From: Antedon mediterranea
Lineage: Eukaryota; Animalia; Echinodermata
Length of the DNA stretch: 64,000 nt
Reading direction: 5' to 3'
NCBI RefSeq assembly: GCF_964355755.1
Contig: NC_092672.1
Coordinates: 17,311,237 to 17,375,236 of the forward strand
The position numbers and the translations under genes were made by a program. Shown here piece by piece: positions 53,904 through 64,000 of this stretch; position 1 is the stretch's first letter, and each line of letters opens with the position of its first letter. Below the pieces are notes generated by a model. The model searched no databases and was not told the origin of the DNA. It saw only the letters and a list, made by a program, of their open reading frames with translations.

Positions 53904-54195
53904 TTTCATGGTATTGTTCAAACTCGATTGGATAGCGACTCTTTAACATTCTCGGCGTGGTACGGCGGAACAGCACTAGTCCTCAGTTGTACACACGCGC
54001 ACCAGAGATCAAATTGATACGCCCTCATCTTTCAGTATTTTTATACACGAGGCGGGATCTCCGAAGAGATACTTTTATATATATAAACACATTAGGCAAT
54101 GAACATTAATTCTAAACCGCCCGGTGATATACTGAAATTTAATTAATTAATTTGAAACGATAAAGATGAGGAAATCTGTGAGAATGAGAAAAAGT

Positions 54196-54267
54196 CGCCC
54201 CAACCGAGACTCGAACTCGGACCGCCTGCTTGATATGCAGATGTCCTAACCATTAGACCACTGGGGC
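54196..54267 (-). tRNA. tRNA-like gene (ATC), copy 2
   Basis: Identical to copy 1. Confidence 0.68.
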
Positions 54268-54559
54268 TTTCATGGTATTGTTCAAACTCGATTGGATAGC
54301 GACTCTTTAACATTCTCGGCGTGGTACGGCGGAACAGCACTAGTCTTCAGTTGTACGCACGCGCACCAGAGATCAAATTGATACGCCCTCATCTTTCAGT
54401 ATTTTTATAAACGAGGCGGGATCTCCGAAGAGATACTTTTATATATATAAACACATTAGGCAATGAACATTAATTCTAAACCGCCCGGTGATATACTGAA
54501 ATTTAATTAATTAATTTGAAACGATAAAGATGAGGAAATCTGTGAGAATGAGAAAAATT

Positions 54560-54631
54560 CGCCCAAACCGAGACTCGAACTCGGACCGCCTGCTTGATAT
54601 GCAGATGTCCTAACCATTAGACCACTGGGGC
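54560..54631 (-). tRNA. tRNA-like gene (ATC), copy 3, acceptor-stem mismatch
   Basis: 3' acceptor strand TTTGGGC instead of TTGGGGC. Confidence 0.55.
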
Positions 54632-54928
54632 TTTCATGGTATTGTTCAAACTCGATTGGATAGCGACTCTTTAACATTCTCGGCGTGGTACGGCGGAACA
54701 GCACTAGTCCTCAGTTGTACGCACGCGCACCAGAGATCAAATTGATACGCCCTCATCTTTCAGTATTTTTATACACGAGGCGGGATCTCCGAAGAGATAC
54801 TTTTATATATACAGTATAAACACATTAGGCAATGAACATTAATTCTAAACCGCCCGGTGATATACTGAAATTTAATTAATTAATTTGAAACGATAAAGAT
54901 GAGGAAATCTGTGAGAATGAGAAAAAGT

Positions 54929-55000
54929 CGCCCCAACCGAGACTCGAACCCGGACCGCCTGCTTGATATGCAGATGTCCTAACCATTAGACCACTGGGGC
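54929..55000 (-). tRNA. tRNA-like gene (ATC), copy 4
   Basis: T-stem CCGGG/CTCGG (A-U changed to G-U); otherwise identical. Confidence 0.66.
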
Positions 55001-55547
55001 TTTCATGGTATTGTTCAAACTCGATTGGATAGCGACTCTTTAACATTCTCGTCGTGGTACGGCGGAACAGCACTAGTCCTCAGTTGTACGCACGCGAACC
55101 CGAGATCAAATTGATACGCCCTCATCTTTCAGTATTTTTATACACGAGGCGGGATCTCCGAAGAGATACTTTTATATATACAGTATAAACACATTAGGCA
55201 ATGAACATTAATTCTAAACCGCCCGGTGATATACTGAAATTTAATTAATTAATTTGAAACGATAAAGATGAGGAAATCTGTGAGAATGAGAAAAAGTCGC
55301 CCCATTAAATATAATATTAAGTATAATTATGAATTCACCAACACTTTCAGGCCCAATAACAATCATCCCGGGCCCGAGTTTTTGTAGACCGGACTTCCAT
55401 GCACAGCCACATGTTAAGGAATATGAATCTCTTTATGATTTTAATATGGTTCGAAATGATATTACACAACAACGATTAGACAGCAACTGTGCAAGAGTCC
55501 AACTAATAAAATCGGAATGATCAATTAATTGAACATTTACAGCATAA

Positions 55548-55907
55548 GGCCCATTACACTAGGACGATAACGATTGACGATAAATAGACAAATGTGCATT
55601 TTTAATACATAAACCAAAATAAATATAAACAATTCCTTTGATGAAAATTATATTTTCACACGTCCAATCAAATGACGTCATGATTAGTAAGACCAATAAT
55701 ATCGTGACAATACAGCGATTTTATTGTTTTTATTTATCATGACGTCATTTGATTGGAATTTGAAAAACATTATTTTTATCAAAGACAGCATAAATGATTA
55801 TCCTATAGGTCTAGAACGAAAACCTTTCTAATTTCTTTTGGTTTATGTAAAGAAAATGCATGCTATATATTTATCGTCCGTCATTATCGTCATAGTGTAA
55901 TTGGGCC
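55548..55907. mobile_element. PIF/Harbinger-like MITE (palindromic, 360 bp)
   Basis: TIRs GGCCCATTACACTAGGACGATAA.. / ..TTATCGTCATAGTGTAATTGGGCC; inner IR TCCAATCAAATGACGTCATGAT; TAA and TTTA flanks (TSD imperfect). Confidence 0.75.
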
Positions 55908-56467
55908 TTTATACCAAAAAAATAAATTGATCACGAAGTTACATGTCATTTTCACCTATCACCAAAAAACTAACCTTTTCAACACTAATTAATTGTTACG
56001 AAGCCAATTTATATTATATATTTCATTAAAACTGAACTTTACGGTAAATGAAGAGTAAGTATCAGTTAATATGAATAATATAACTAGTAGGTCTATGAAC
56101 TTGCGTCCAGACACAGAACTGTGACATTACTATCATAAATGTTGAAACCACTTATAAACCTTTTTTAAAGAAAATATAATTGTGTTAGGAGAAGGCTAAT
56201 AAACAAATAGATAATGTAAAAATTATTAATGGAGCAGGCGTTCCTAATAATCTGCTGCTGCTACCTAGACTGATTGTTCACCTTCTGACGATAATTGATT
56301 GGACCCTCCCACGGCATCTGATAACCAAAAAAAATTTACCAGGACTGTTTCAATGATTTAATATCTGACGGCGTATTATTATAACATTGGCCTAGATTGA
56401 CAGTCAAAAGAAAGTCATTGTAAATACCTCCCTTTATGTTGACAGAGCCAAAATAAAGTTTTGACCA

Positions 56468-58374
56468 TTATCGAATGATTATTTGACAGTGACTTATTAT
56501 AATACCGGCCTGGTTGACAGCAAAAACGAAGTTATTATTTATTGAACAAGATTTTACAGATTTCCGTCTACATCTCATGAGCTCCATTTGTTTATTCATT
56601 TGAACGTTTTGATTTTGTATCTGTTGACGAGTTAATTCCATTTGTTGTTTCATCATCAACAACATACTTGATTGCATCTCTTCAGCTTTCTTCTTAGCAG
56701 CAGCATCACTCTCCATTTTCACTTTTAAAAATTCCATGGTACTACTTGCTCTGCTTTGTTTGGCATTTACCTCTCTGTTAATATATAAAAATAAAAATAT
56801 ATGTCCAAATAATAATATTGTGCAATTCTTTTTCATGTACAATAAACTATGACTGCTCATAATTATTGGTATACTTAGTTTTGGGAAAAAATAGACAACA
56901 TGATATCATGTACATTATATAGACAGATAGAAATGGTTTTGTCTACGTACTGCTTACCATACATATTGTAGTATGAGATCAAGTTTTAATTACATCATCT
57001 CTGTCTACATTTTTGTCTTTGTATTGCTTTACTTTTATTAGTAAAAACATGTCAAAAATGGATTAAATATGTCTTCAAGATCAATTTACCTTGATTTAGT
57101 CTGAAATGTCTCTAATGAGCGCTTCCTTAGCTCTTCACCTGCAGCTCGTGCTGCGGCTGCATCACTACTCTCTGATCTTATGTTTAAGGCATCTTTCTCC
57201 TGACTTGACTTAGCAAATCTTCTATTGCAGCTTCTGTTTCTGATAATGCTGGTGGAGAGATACCAGACCCTCTTATCTCATTACTCAATTTTGCCTTCAA
57301 CTTGTCCTTTAATAGATTCCATCTATCCCTTACATTTCTTCCATCTAAGTTAAAGTCGAAAGATGGTGAAAGATTGCCTGCAATGTCTTTCCATACTTTT
57401 CCGCGTTGCTGCGTTCTTTCTCTGTACTGGAAAGGATCCAATGTAATCATTTCCTTCACTAACTGGTCATCCTTTTATGGAGACCACTTCTTAGTTGGAG
57501 ATATTTTTTTTGCTAAAATAGGATAAAAAATGTATGTAATATCAATCAATAACACTACAGAATAAAAGTATTCTGTCATTGATGTTGTTATAGCTAAGTA
57601 TATTATAGTAGGCTAGGCCTCAAACCAAGTCTAGGGCCTAGGTAAAACCAATGTAGACAGGTCTGGATGAAAAATGACTGGTATGACCTAGCTAGTCTCT
57701 AGAGTAGAAGTAGGATGGGTTGCGCCAAAAGCTAACTTTGTGTGTCTTGCTTGGGCCTACTAGCATATAGCTAGTACTGTACTACTACTAGGCATAGGCC
57801 TAGTAGAACCTACCTAGGTGGCCTAGCCTACCCTTAGAGGCTAGTCTAATGCTAGCCAGGCTAAACATATATTCAACTTGTATTGCCACAAAAATATATA
57901 GGCCTAGGCTAGGCTAGGCCTACCTATATTTTAAAAAAACAATTAGGCCTAGCCTAGCTAGGCCTGGCCTAGTAGGGGCCTAGGCCTACCTACGAGCATG
58001 GCATTATGAATAGGAGGTTAAAAAATAGAGGGCCTTCCCAGCCTAGCTAGGCCTCTAGGAGGACCAGGCATAGAATAGGCCGTAGTTTAGTTAGGCCTAG
58101 TAGCCTAGGCCTAGATAGTATATAGCTACTAGGCCTAGGTGCGGCCTATTCTTTCTAGGCCTAGGCTAGGCCTAGTAGGCTAGGCCTAGCCTACTTTTAG
58201 TTTAGGCAGCAAATGGCACTTTATTTTAAGTGATAATTTTATCTATTATTAAATTAGGTCATAAATCAGAAATCGATGCAAACATTATTTAGGATCCCAT
58301 TATTTAATTGATGATCATTTTAAATATAAACATAACCAAATATACATACTTTGGGCAGCTAATTGAGAAGTCAT
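56468..58374 (-). pseudogene. Harbinger-type Myb/SANT-like DNA-binding protein, 3 exons, disabled
   Basis: Exon 1 58374-58350 (ATG..A|GT) splices in frame to exon 2 (57512 to ~57090; KW..RGKVWKDIA..VRDRW..SGI); exon 3 encodes a Q/M-rich coiled coil; in-frame TAA at 57475-77 and a frameshift near 57190. Confidence 0.72.
57600..58200. repeat. Low-complexity TAGGCCTA/CTAG-rich intronic tract
   Basis: Dense imperfect AGGCCT and GGCTA motifs on both strands. Confidence 0.8.
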
Positions 58375-59378
58375 TGTTTGTGTTTTTTATTCGTGCACTG
58401 TGAACTGCAAAACAGCAATTTTGCAGTTGTCTTCTACCAGACGACAACTGGTGAAATTACTTACGCAGGCGCAGTGTCGCCAGTGGGCGTGGCTATCACT
58501 GTCAATCACTCGTTTGTCTGAGCTCCCGTCGTGTTTCGTAAACTCTCTAATACTGTATTATCAGCGAAGGCTTTCATATAGACTCTCTTCTCCCAGACGT
58601 GTTTTGGGTCCAGCAGCTACCTATAAATTATAGTCGAGTTTTCCAAATTCACAAACTGTCAGCCTTAGATACTAAAGCTACCGCTATGAAACAGCTTATT
58701 AATGAATGTGTCCTTCTGGGACATAGCTGGCTAGAGCCGCGGCGCGAAAAACCCCGGAAATGATTGAATCGGGGAAAAATCTCTGAAAATTCCTATCCGG
58801 CCCCGTGGTGGCGACCGAGTGCACAGTACGTTGAATGACATTGAAAAACTCCAAGGTCGAGAGCGACTGGAAATAATACATAACATATTACCATGCGATA
58901 CCGTGCATGAAACGGGTATTTCGCTACCGTATGATGTGGTATGACAGAAAAATAATACAATACTAGGCAACTTCTAATATAAGAATATTAACAAAAACTT
59001 AACAGTGTGACGTGTTGACCGCGAATGACTAAACATACTCCCTTTCCCACTACACCTGCACAAGCCCATTTGCATAACAACACACGGCATACCAAACCGT
59101 GTCGTACAACTACGATGAGATATAAATTCTCTTCTAAACACGTAACGAAGAGAATTACTAAATCTCATCTCAGTCCCCGTTAACCCTATACAAGAACCAA
59201 CAAAAACAAACTATCTGTTTGAAAAACATTTATTCTGGGCAGGTGCGGCTACACACGCCAACTACCATAACCGTTGCGAGCGAAAAAGTTCGGATTATGG
59301 GTAAAACTAAAAGAAACTTTATTTTAAACCCAAGGTAGAACACAACAAATACCCAATAAAAATACAAATAGTAGCAAT

Positions 59379-60392
59379 TCAGAGCTTCATAGCTCGTGAC
59401 ACAGATAACCTGTTAGAAAGCGAGTCCTTAACGTACATATCCTTTGAGGTAGACGATTTCCATCCCCCTTGGCGAGTGATGCATCTTTCATTGACGGAAC
59501 CCGTAGAAGCAGCCTCGGTTGCTCCCCCTGCTCTCAAGCTATGGGTGCCCAAAGCTTTGGGATCGTCCACGTATTGTGATAGACCCGCCAGAATCAAATC
59601 CCGAGCGGTCGTATAACATATTGCCTTAGCCGTGGGCTTAAGACCGTGACTTTTTGAACGACGAAAACCGCAAATTAAAGGATGGGATGGTGAAGAAACA
59701 CCGAGAGCGGCAATATAACGTTCAGCCATGGCGACTGGACATGTGGGCTTGCCTGACCTGGCGATAAAGACCGAATGCCCTTCTCGAAACTGGTCGTTTT
59801 TCCTTTTGGCTATGAACACGGCCATGTGATCCTTGAAAATTGATATGTCACGCAAACGTAAATTAATTACCTCATCACATCGTAACATCCCAGAGAATGA
59901 CACTAAACAAATAAAAAGCAGCCTGAGGTCGATGACTGAAGCGCTTAAACTACCCTTGGCAGCGACCAACGTTGAAAGGACCTCTGAAGATATTGGTGCC
60001 TTTAGCGACCTGCGCTTTGCAAGCTTACGGCGACTGCCTTCAATGGCCGACTTCAAGAAATTGCTGTCCGTAGGGGGTGAAATACCGGCCAGGTTATGAG
60101 CCCATCGTATGCTGTAAATGGCAGAATTGATTGGCGAAACTGATGACGCAGAAAACTTGAGGTGTTCGATGTATAAGGCCAATTCTGTAGGTTTAACCTG
60201 AAATACTTGCAGCTTAAACTGCACCGCAAAGACCTTCCATCGCTTCCAACCTCCGCTGTATTTGCTTGTAGTAGACCCGGCCTTTGAAGCCAACACCGAC
60301 TCTTTGAGTGAAGAGACCAGACCTGAAAGATACTCATTGTTGCTGATGTTACTATCAGCTTCAAACTCGCTCCAGACCCCACTGCTGAGCAC
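59379..60392 (-). CDS. Tyrosine recombinase (SAM-like + catalytic domain), about 337 aa
   Basis: GMLRCDE (R), KRKNDQ (K), HSLR, GGW and DMY catalytic residues; no ATG, but preceded by a strong 3' splice site at 60395-96. Confidence 0.92.
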   Translation of the reverse strand: MLSSGVWSEFEADSNISNNEYLSGLVSSLKESVLASKAGSTTSKYSGGWKRWKVFAVQFKLQVFQVKPTELALYIEHLKFSASSVSPINSAIYSIRWAHNLAGISPPTDSNFLKSAIEGSRRKLAKRRSLKAPISSEVLSTLVAAKGSLSASVIDLRLLFICLVSFSGMLRCDEVINLRLRDISIFKDHMAVFIAKRKNDQFREGHSVFIARSGKPTCPVAMAERYIAALGVSSPSHPLICGFRRSKSHGLKPTAKAICYTTARDLILAGLSQYVDDPKALGTHSLRAGGATEAASTGSVNERCITRQGGWKSSTSKDMYVKDSLSNRLSVSRAMKL

Positions 60393-60534
60393 GTCTGAAA
60401 CGAAAAAGGAAACCAGACAGGTAAATTAGGTCAAAGACACGATGCATGCACACCCTCAACTAGACAAACCAACAAAAAGATTTCCCCCTCTCAAGAGGCT
60501 ATCAACATACGAAACTATATTGAGCTTTAAATAT

Positions 60535-60742
60535 CTCCAACCTACAACCGGAGGCGTACAACGTCATCAACAGATGACGTCAAGAATGACCAAGCTGCAT
60601 TAACACTCCGCAGTCAGTTGAGAAGGATCTCTGATAGAGATCGAAACGTTCGAGTAAGTACTCCGTTAACTTGTGCTTTTACAAAAACGAAATTTGTCAT
60701 CTATACAAAATCGAAGCTAAATGAAATTCTTTCAAGATTTAA
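60535..60742 (+). repeat. Penelope 5' pseudo-LTR
   Basis: Repeat of 63182-63389 (offset 2647); contains a hammerhead-like motif and the ORF ATG (60721). Confidence 0.92.
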
Positions 60743-63180
60743 GAGAAAAATATGGTCAATAAACCATCAACATCGTACGCAAACAGGAAAATATCGCGAA
60801 GAAAATTTCACGGCAGAGAAATCACCGGGTATTCTCCCTTCATTGTAAGCGGTTGGACATTACCCCTCCGAGCCTGAAATTATATCGACCGATTAAATCG
60901 TCTAAAGCAGAGGAAATAATAAAACATGCAGAAAGACAGCTTTTACGTGAGAGAATAAGAATCACCACCAACAAAATCACACAGTTAGAAGGCAAAAAGA
61001 AAGATTTAAATGAGGAAATCGTATCGCTAATTCCCAACGGAGGGAATACCAATGTATGTAATCACGTAAACAAAGTGTGTGAAGCGGAATTCTTAAAATG
61101 CCGATCACGACAACAAAACAAACTGTTGTGGTGGAAAAACAAAGCAGAAAACGCAGCTAGAGATTTACATCAAGAACAGGATTTATCCGGTAAGATCTTA
61201 AGAGAAAAATGGGTGGTAAATCTGTCTAGTAAGTTGGTTAGTGAGGACGAAATATCAGCATTACCAAGGGGATTGAACTATGCGGCGAGCCCACGATCCA
61301 TGCCCATTGACGATCTCATAGTAGCGGCTGAAAAAGCGGCTGATCTCGTCCCCCTGGAAGAACAAGACACCGTTCGCAGTAAAATTGTAGCTATTGTAAA
61401 ATCTACCACTCTACCACCTTCAAATTTAACCCCCAAAGAACGAAAGGCCATAAACAACTTGAAGAAAGATAAATCTATTCTTATTCTCCCAGCGGATAAA
61501 GGTAGATCTACTGTCATCCTAAATACTAATGATTACAAAGATAAAGTGGGAACCATGGTGAGCGACACTAATGTTTACGAACTGCTAAAACGTAATCCAA
61601 CACAAAACTATAAACGAAAAGTGGTCAACATCATAGGCAGGTTGTTCAAAGAAAAAAAAATCAACTACAGAGAGAAAGAATGGCTGTTTCCCACGGCTGA
61701 AATTGTACCTAGGTTGTATTGTCTTCCGAAGATACATAAACCAAATTGGCCATTAAGACCTATAGTAGATAACATCAACACCGTTTTTTACACCGTTGCA
61801 CAATTCCTCACCAAAATCCTGGGTCCGCTTGTCGGAAACACAGAACATCATGTAACTTACTCAGGAGAGTTGGCGAGTGAACTAAAATAAATAATAGTCA
61901 AACCAAGTGAAACATTTGTCTCGTTTGACGTAGTATCTCTGTTTACAAAAACACCAGTAGAAGAGGCCCTCAAAGTTGTCGAAAATCGCCTAACAACAGA
62001 TCCGACACTTCTGGATAGAACTAAACTACATGTGACAGACATAATGGAGCTCCTCGGTTTAATTGTGAACAAAACCTATTTCTCGTTCAATGGTAACATT
62101 TATAGGCAAATACAAGGCATTGCTATGGGAAGCCCAATAAGTCCTATATTGGCGAACTTGTATCTAGAGTGGCTCGAACATCAAGCCATAAACACGGCAC
62201 CCACTAACATCAAGCCTGTGTATTGGAAACGATACGTTGATGATGTATTAGCTATCATCCCCATAGGTACAGTACATACATTTAACACACATCTTAATAA
62301 CATCGATATAACTGACAATATCAAGTTCACCACAGAATCGATGACAAACAACACAATACCTTTCCTGGACATGCTCATCACACTCAATGACAATGGAACA
62401 GTTACCACCTCAGTCTATCGGAAGCCCACTCACACAGACCAATATTTACATTTCAACTCACATCATCCACTCGAACACAAACTTGGGCTTATAAACACGC
62501 TTGTGGACAGAACTGAGAAGGTAGTGGGAGATATGGATTTGAGGAAAGTTGAGATGGATAACATCAAGAAAGCGTTACACAACTGCCAGTATCCAGAGTG
62601 GTCCTTCCAGAGATTTATGGAAAACCGAAAAAGAAAAAAGAACAAAGGACACGAACCACAGAAGGAAAAGATCAAGATGCGAGGTAGCATAGGAATCCCC
62701 TATGTAAAAGGAATGGCAGAAAGAATACGACGCACTCTCTCCTATCACAATGTCGGAACCTATTTCCTACCCCAAAATAAAATCAAGAATAGCCTCGTCC
62801 ACCCAAAAGATAAAATCGAGAAGATGGATACATGTGGAGTAATCTACGAAGTCACCTGCCGCAACTGTCCACAAGTTTACATTGGGGAAACAGGGAGGGC
62901 ATTACAAACACGAATTAATGATCACAAAAAAGTTGTTACAACAAACACGGGGGGAGTAATGACTAGGGCCTCCAGAACATCCACATCTTCGATCATACAC
63001 AAATCTGCCATTACAGACCATCTTAACCAAAGAGCCTAAACGCAAAGACAGACAGATTAGAGAATCATTACATATAAGGAGAAATAAAGAGAAGACCATA
63101 AACCGGGACACTGGAGCCCACGAACTCTCGCATTTGTACAATGATTTGATAGACATATCACCTGGCCGAGCCCCGCACAA
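60721..63180 (+). pseudogene. Penelope RT + GIY-YIG endonuclease, disabled
   Basis: PADKG, LPKIHK, LRPIV, SFDVVSLFT, GIAMGSP, RYVDD, FLD and GVIY..YIGET motifs; in-frame stops at 60760-62 and 61888-90; deletion/frameshift near 63030. Confidence 0.93.
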
Positions 63181-63181
63181 C

Positions 63182-63389
63182 CTCCAACCTACAACCGGAG
63201 GCGTACAACGTCATCAACAGATGACGTCAAGAATGACCAAGCTGCATTAACACTCCGCAGTCAGTTGAGAAGGATCTCTGATAGAGATCGAAACGTTCGA
63301 GTAAGTACTCCGTTAACTTGTGCTTTTACAAAAACGAAATTTGTCATCTATACAAAATCGAAGTTAAATGAAATTCTTTCAAGATTTAA
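63182..63389 (+). repeat. Penelope 3' pseudo-LTR
   Basis: Repeat of 60535-60742; one substitution noticed. Confidence 0.92.
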
Positions 63390-63869
63390 ATATCTCATTA
63401 ATCGGATCGAACCGAAAAGAATCACCCATGAACGGCAATTGCCGTAGCCTAATGACCTCTCGAACACGGTCGTAGCCCTTCGTAAGCTAATGATCATTAC
63501 TATCTCGTATACACAAAAGCCTTTCGTAGGCTCAACCTTGTCGCTCGTGGACCATACACTGCCGCATATCGTAGGCCAAACACTAGTTACTCGTGAACTA
63601 TATCTCTCGCCCACAGTTACTCGTGAACTATGTCTCTCATCCACGATGGTATGACTATGCACATGCGCAAACCAAATGCGTTCACCACCGAACACGGGAC
63701 AAATCAAGTTGTGCCTATAAAACATACAAACATAGTTATAAAATATGTGATTTATGCGTTTCTAAAATCAAATCTCATGGTGAGTAAATTAAAAGGCAAC
63801 GCATTCTGAAATAATCGTTTCTCTGGTTTGTAGGCGAGGCACTGTCCTCGTCCTGTAATGCACAAATCA

Positions 63870-63998
63870 TTTAATCTAGGCAAAACTGTGTGCTACCAAA
63901 TATGTCCTTAAGAAACCCAGTGTTGGTGAAAGAGCCGGCCAAAACGGCGCAGACGGCCACTCCGGAACAATCACTGTTCCGTAAGATTTGCATTCCCT
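63870..63998 (-). pseudogene. C-terminal methyltransferase-like segment of a DIRS RT-RH-MT ORF (fragment at the window edge)
   Basis: Manual translation RECKSYGTVIVPEWPSAPFWPALF matches the DIRS GTxxVPxWPSAPFWP motif. Confidence 0.75.
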
Positions 63999-64000
63999 CA

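Larger units (their letters stand above)
53721..55304 (-). repeat. Tandem array of a 364-369 bp tRNA-containing unit (about 4.3 copies)
   Basis: Near-identical units separated by short (TA)n; left end abuts the long (TA)n, right end is truncated inside the tRNA. Confidence 0.95.
60535..63389 (+). mobile_element. Penelope-like element (GIY-YIG type) with direct pseudo-LTRs
   Basis: 208-bp direct repeats at 60535-60742 and 63182-63389; TTTAAATATCTC overlaps both ends (60526-37, 63385-96) as a TSD candidate. Confidence 0.93.
58975..64000 (-). mobile_element. DIRS-order tyrosine-recombinase retrotransposon (PAT/Ngaro type), 3' part; continues beyond the window; left boundary approximate
   Basis: YR ORF, upstream methyltransferase-like tail at the window edge, and a split-repeat-like 3' sequence; interrupted by Penelope. 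Confidence 0.8.

Noticed and set aside
53975-53990. CTGAGGA/CTGAAGA hammerhead-like core in the 364-bp unit (minus strand)
   Set aside because: I could not build stem II closed by GAAA, nor stems I and III, around it.
53779-55073. Four copies of a 65-aa ORF (MLFRRTTP..)
   Set aside because: GTG start, overlaps the tRNA-like sequence, no recognisable domain; a by-product of the tandem repeat.
59379-60392. Phage or bacterial integrase, or Crypton, interpretation of the YR
   Set aside because: Upstream DIRS MT-like motif, split repeat and spliceosomal acceptor point to a DIRS-order retroelement.

Overview
AT-rich eukaryotic (metazoan, probably marine invertebrate; taxon is an inference) heterochromatic window with no prokaryotic features. 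Most of 2.46-47.0 kb is an 88-bp satellite array with higher-order repeats (780 bp 9-mer, 1201 bp 14-mer), diverged edges and an inverted left block. The array is interrupted by (i) a full-length but defective 14.5-kb Gypsy LTR retrotransposon (minus strand, 710-bp LTRs, ATAG TSD) that carries a nested CR1/L2-group LINE with two open ORFs and a 1.2-kb TG..CA foldback element, and (ii) a 2.3-kb CACAC..GTGTG non-autonomous DNA element whose ends look like V(D)J 12-RSS signals. Right of the array lie the 3' exons of ALKBH2, cut off at a tyrosine-recombinase (YR) retroelement terminal repeat; a Helitron-type hairpin; a 223-bp palindrome holding two opposed hammerhead ribozymes in (TA)n; a 364-bp tandem array whose units each carry a tRNA-like gene with the unusual anticodon ATC; a Harbinger-like MITE; a spliced Myb/SANT pseudogene; and a DIRS-order (PAT/Ngaro-type) YR element interrupted by a Penelope element. 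Best candidates for undescribed biology are the tRNA(ATC) tandem array with the neighbouring hammerhead palindrome, the RSS-like transposon, and the ALKBH2/YR-element junction. All coordinates and counts were read by eye; no database searches were run.
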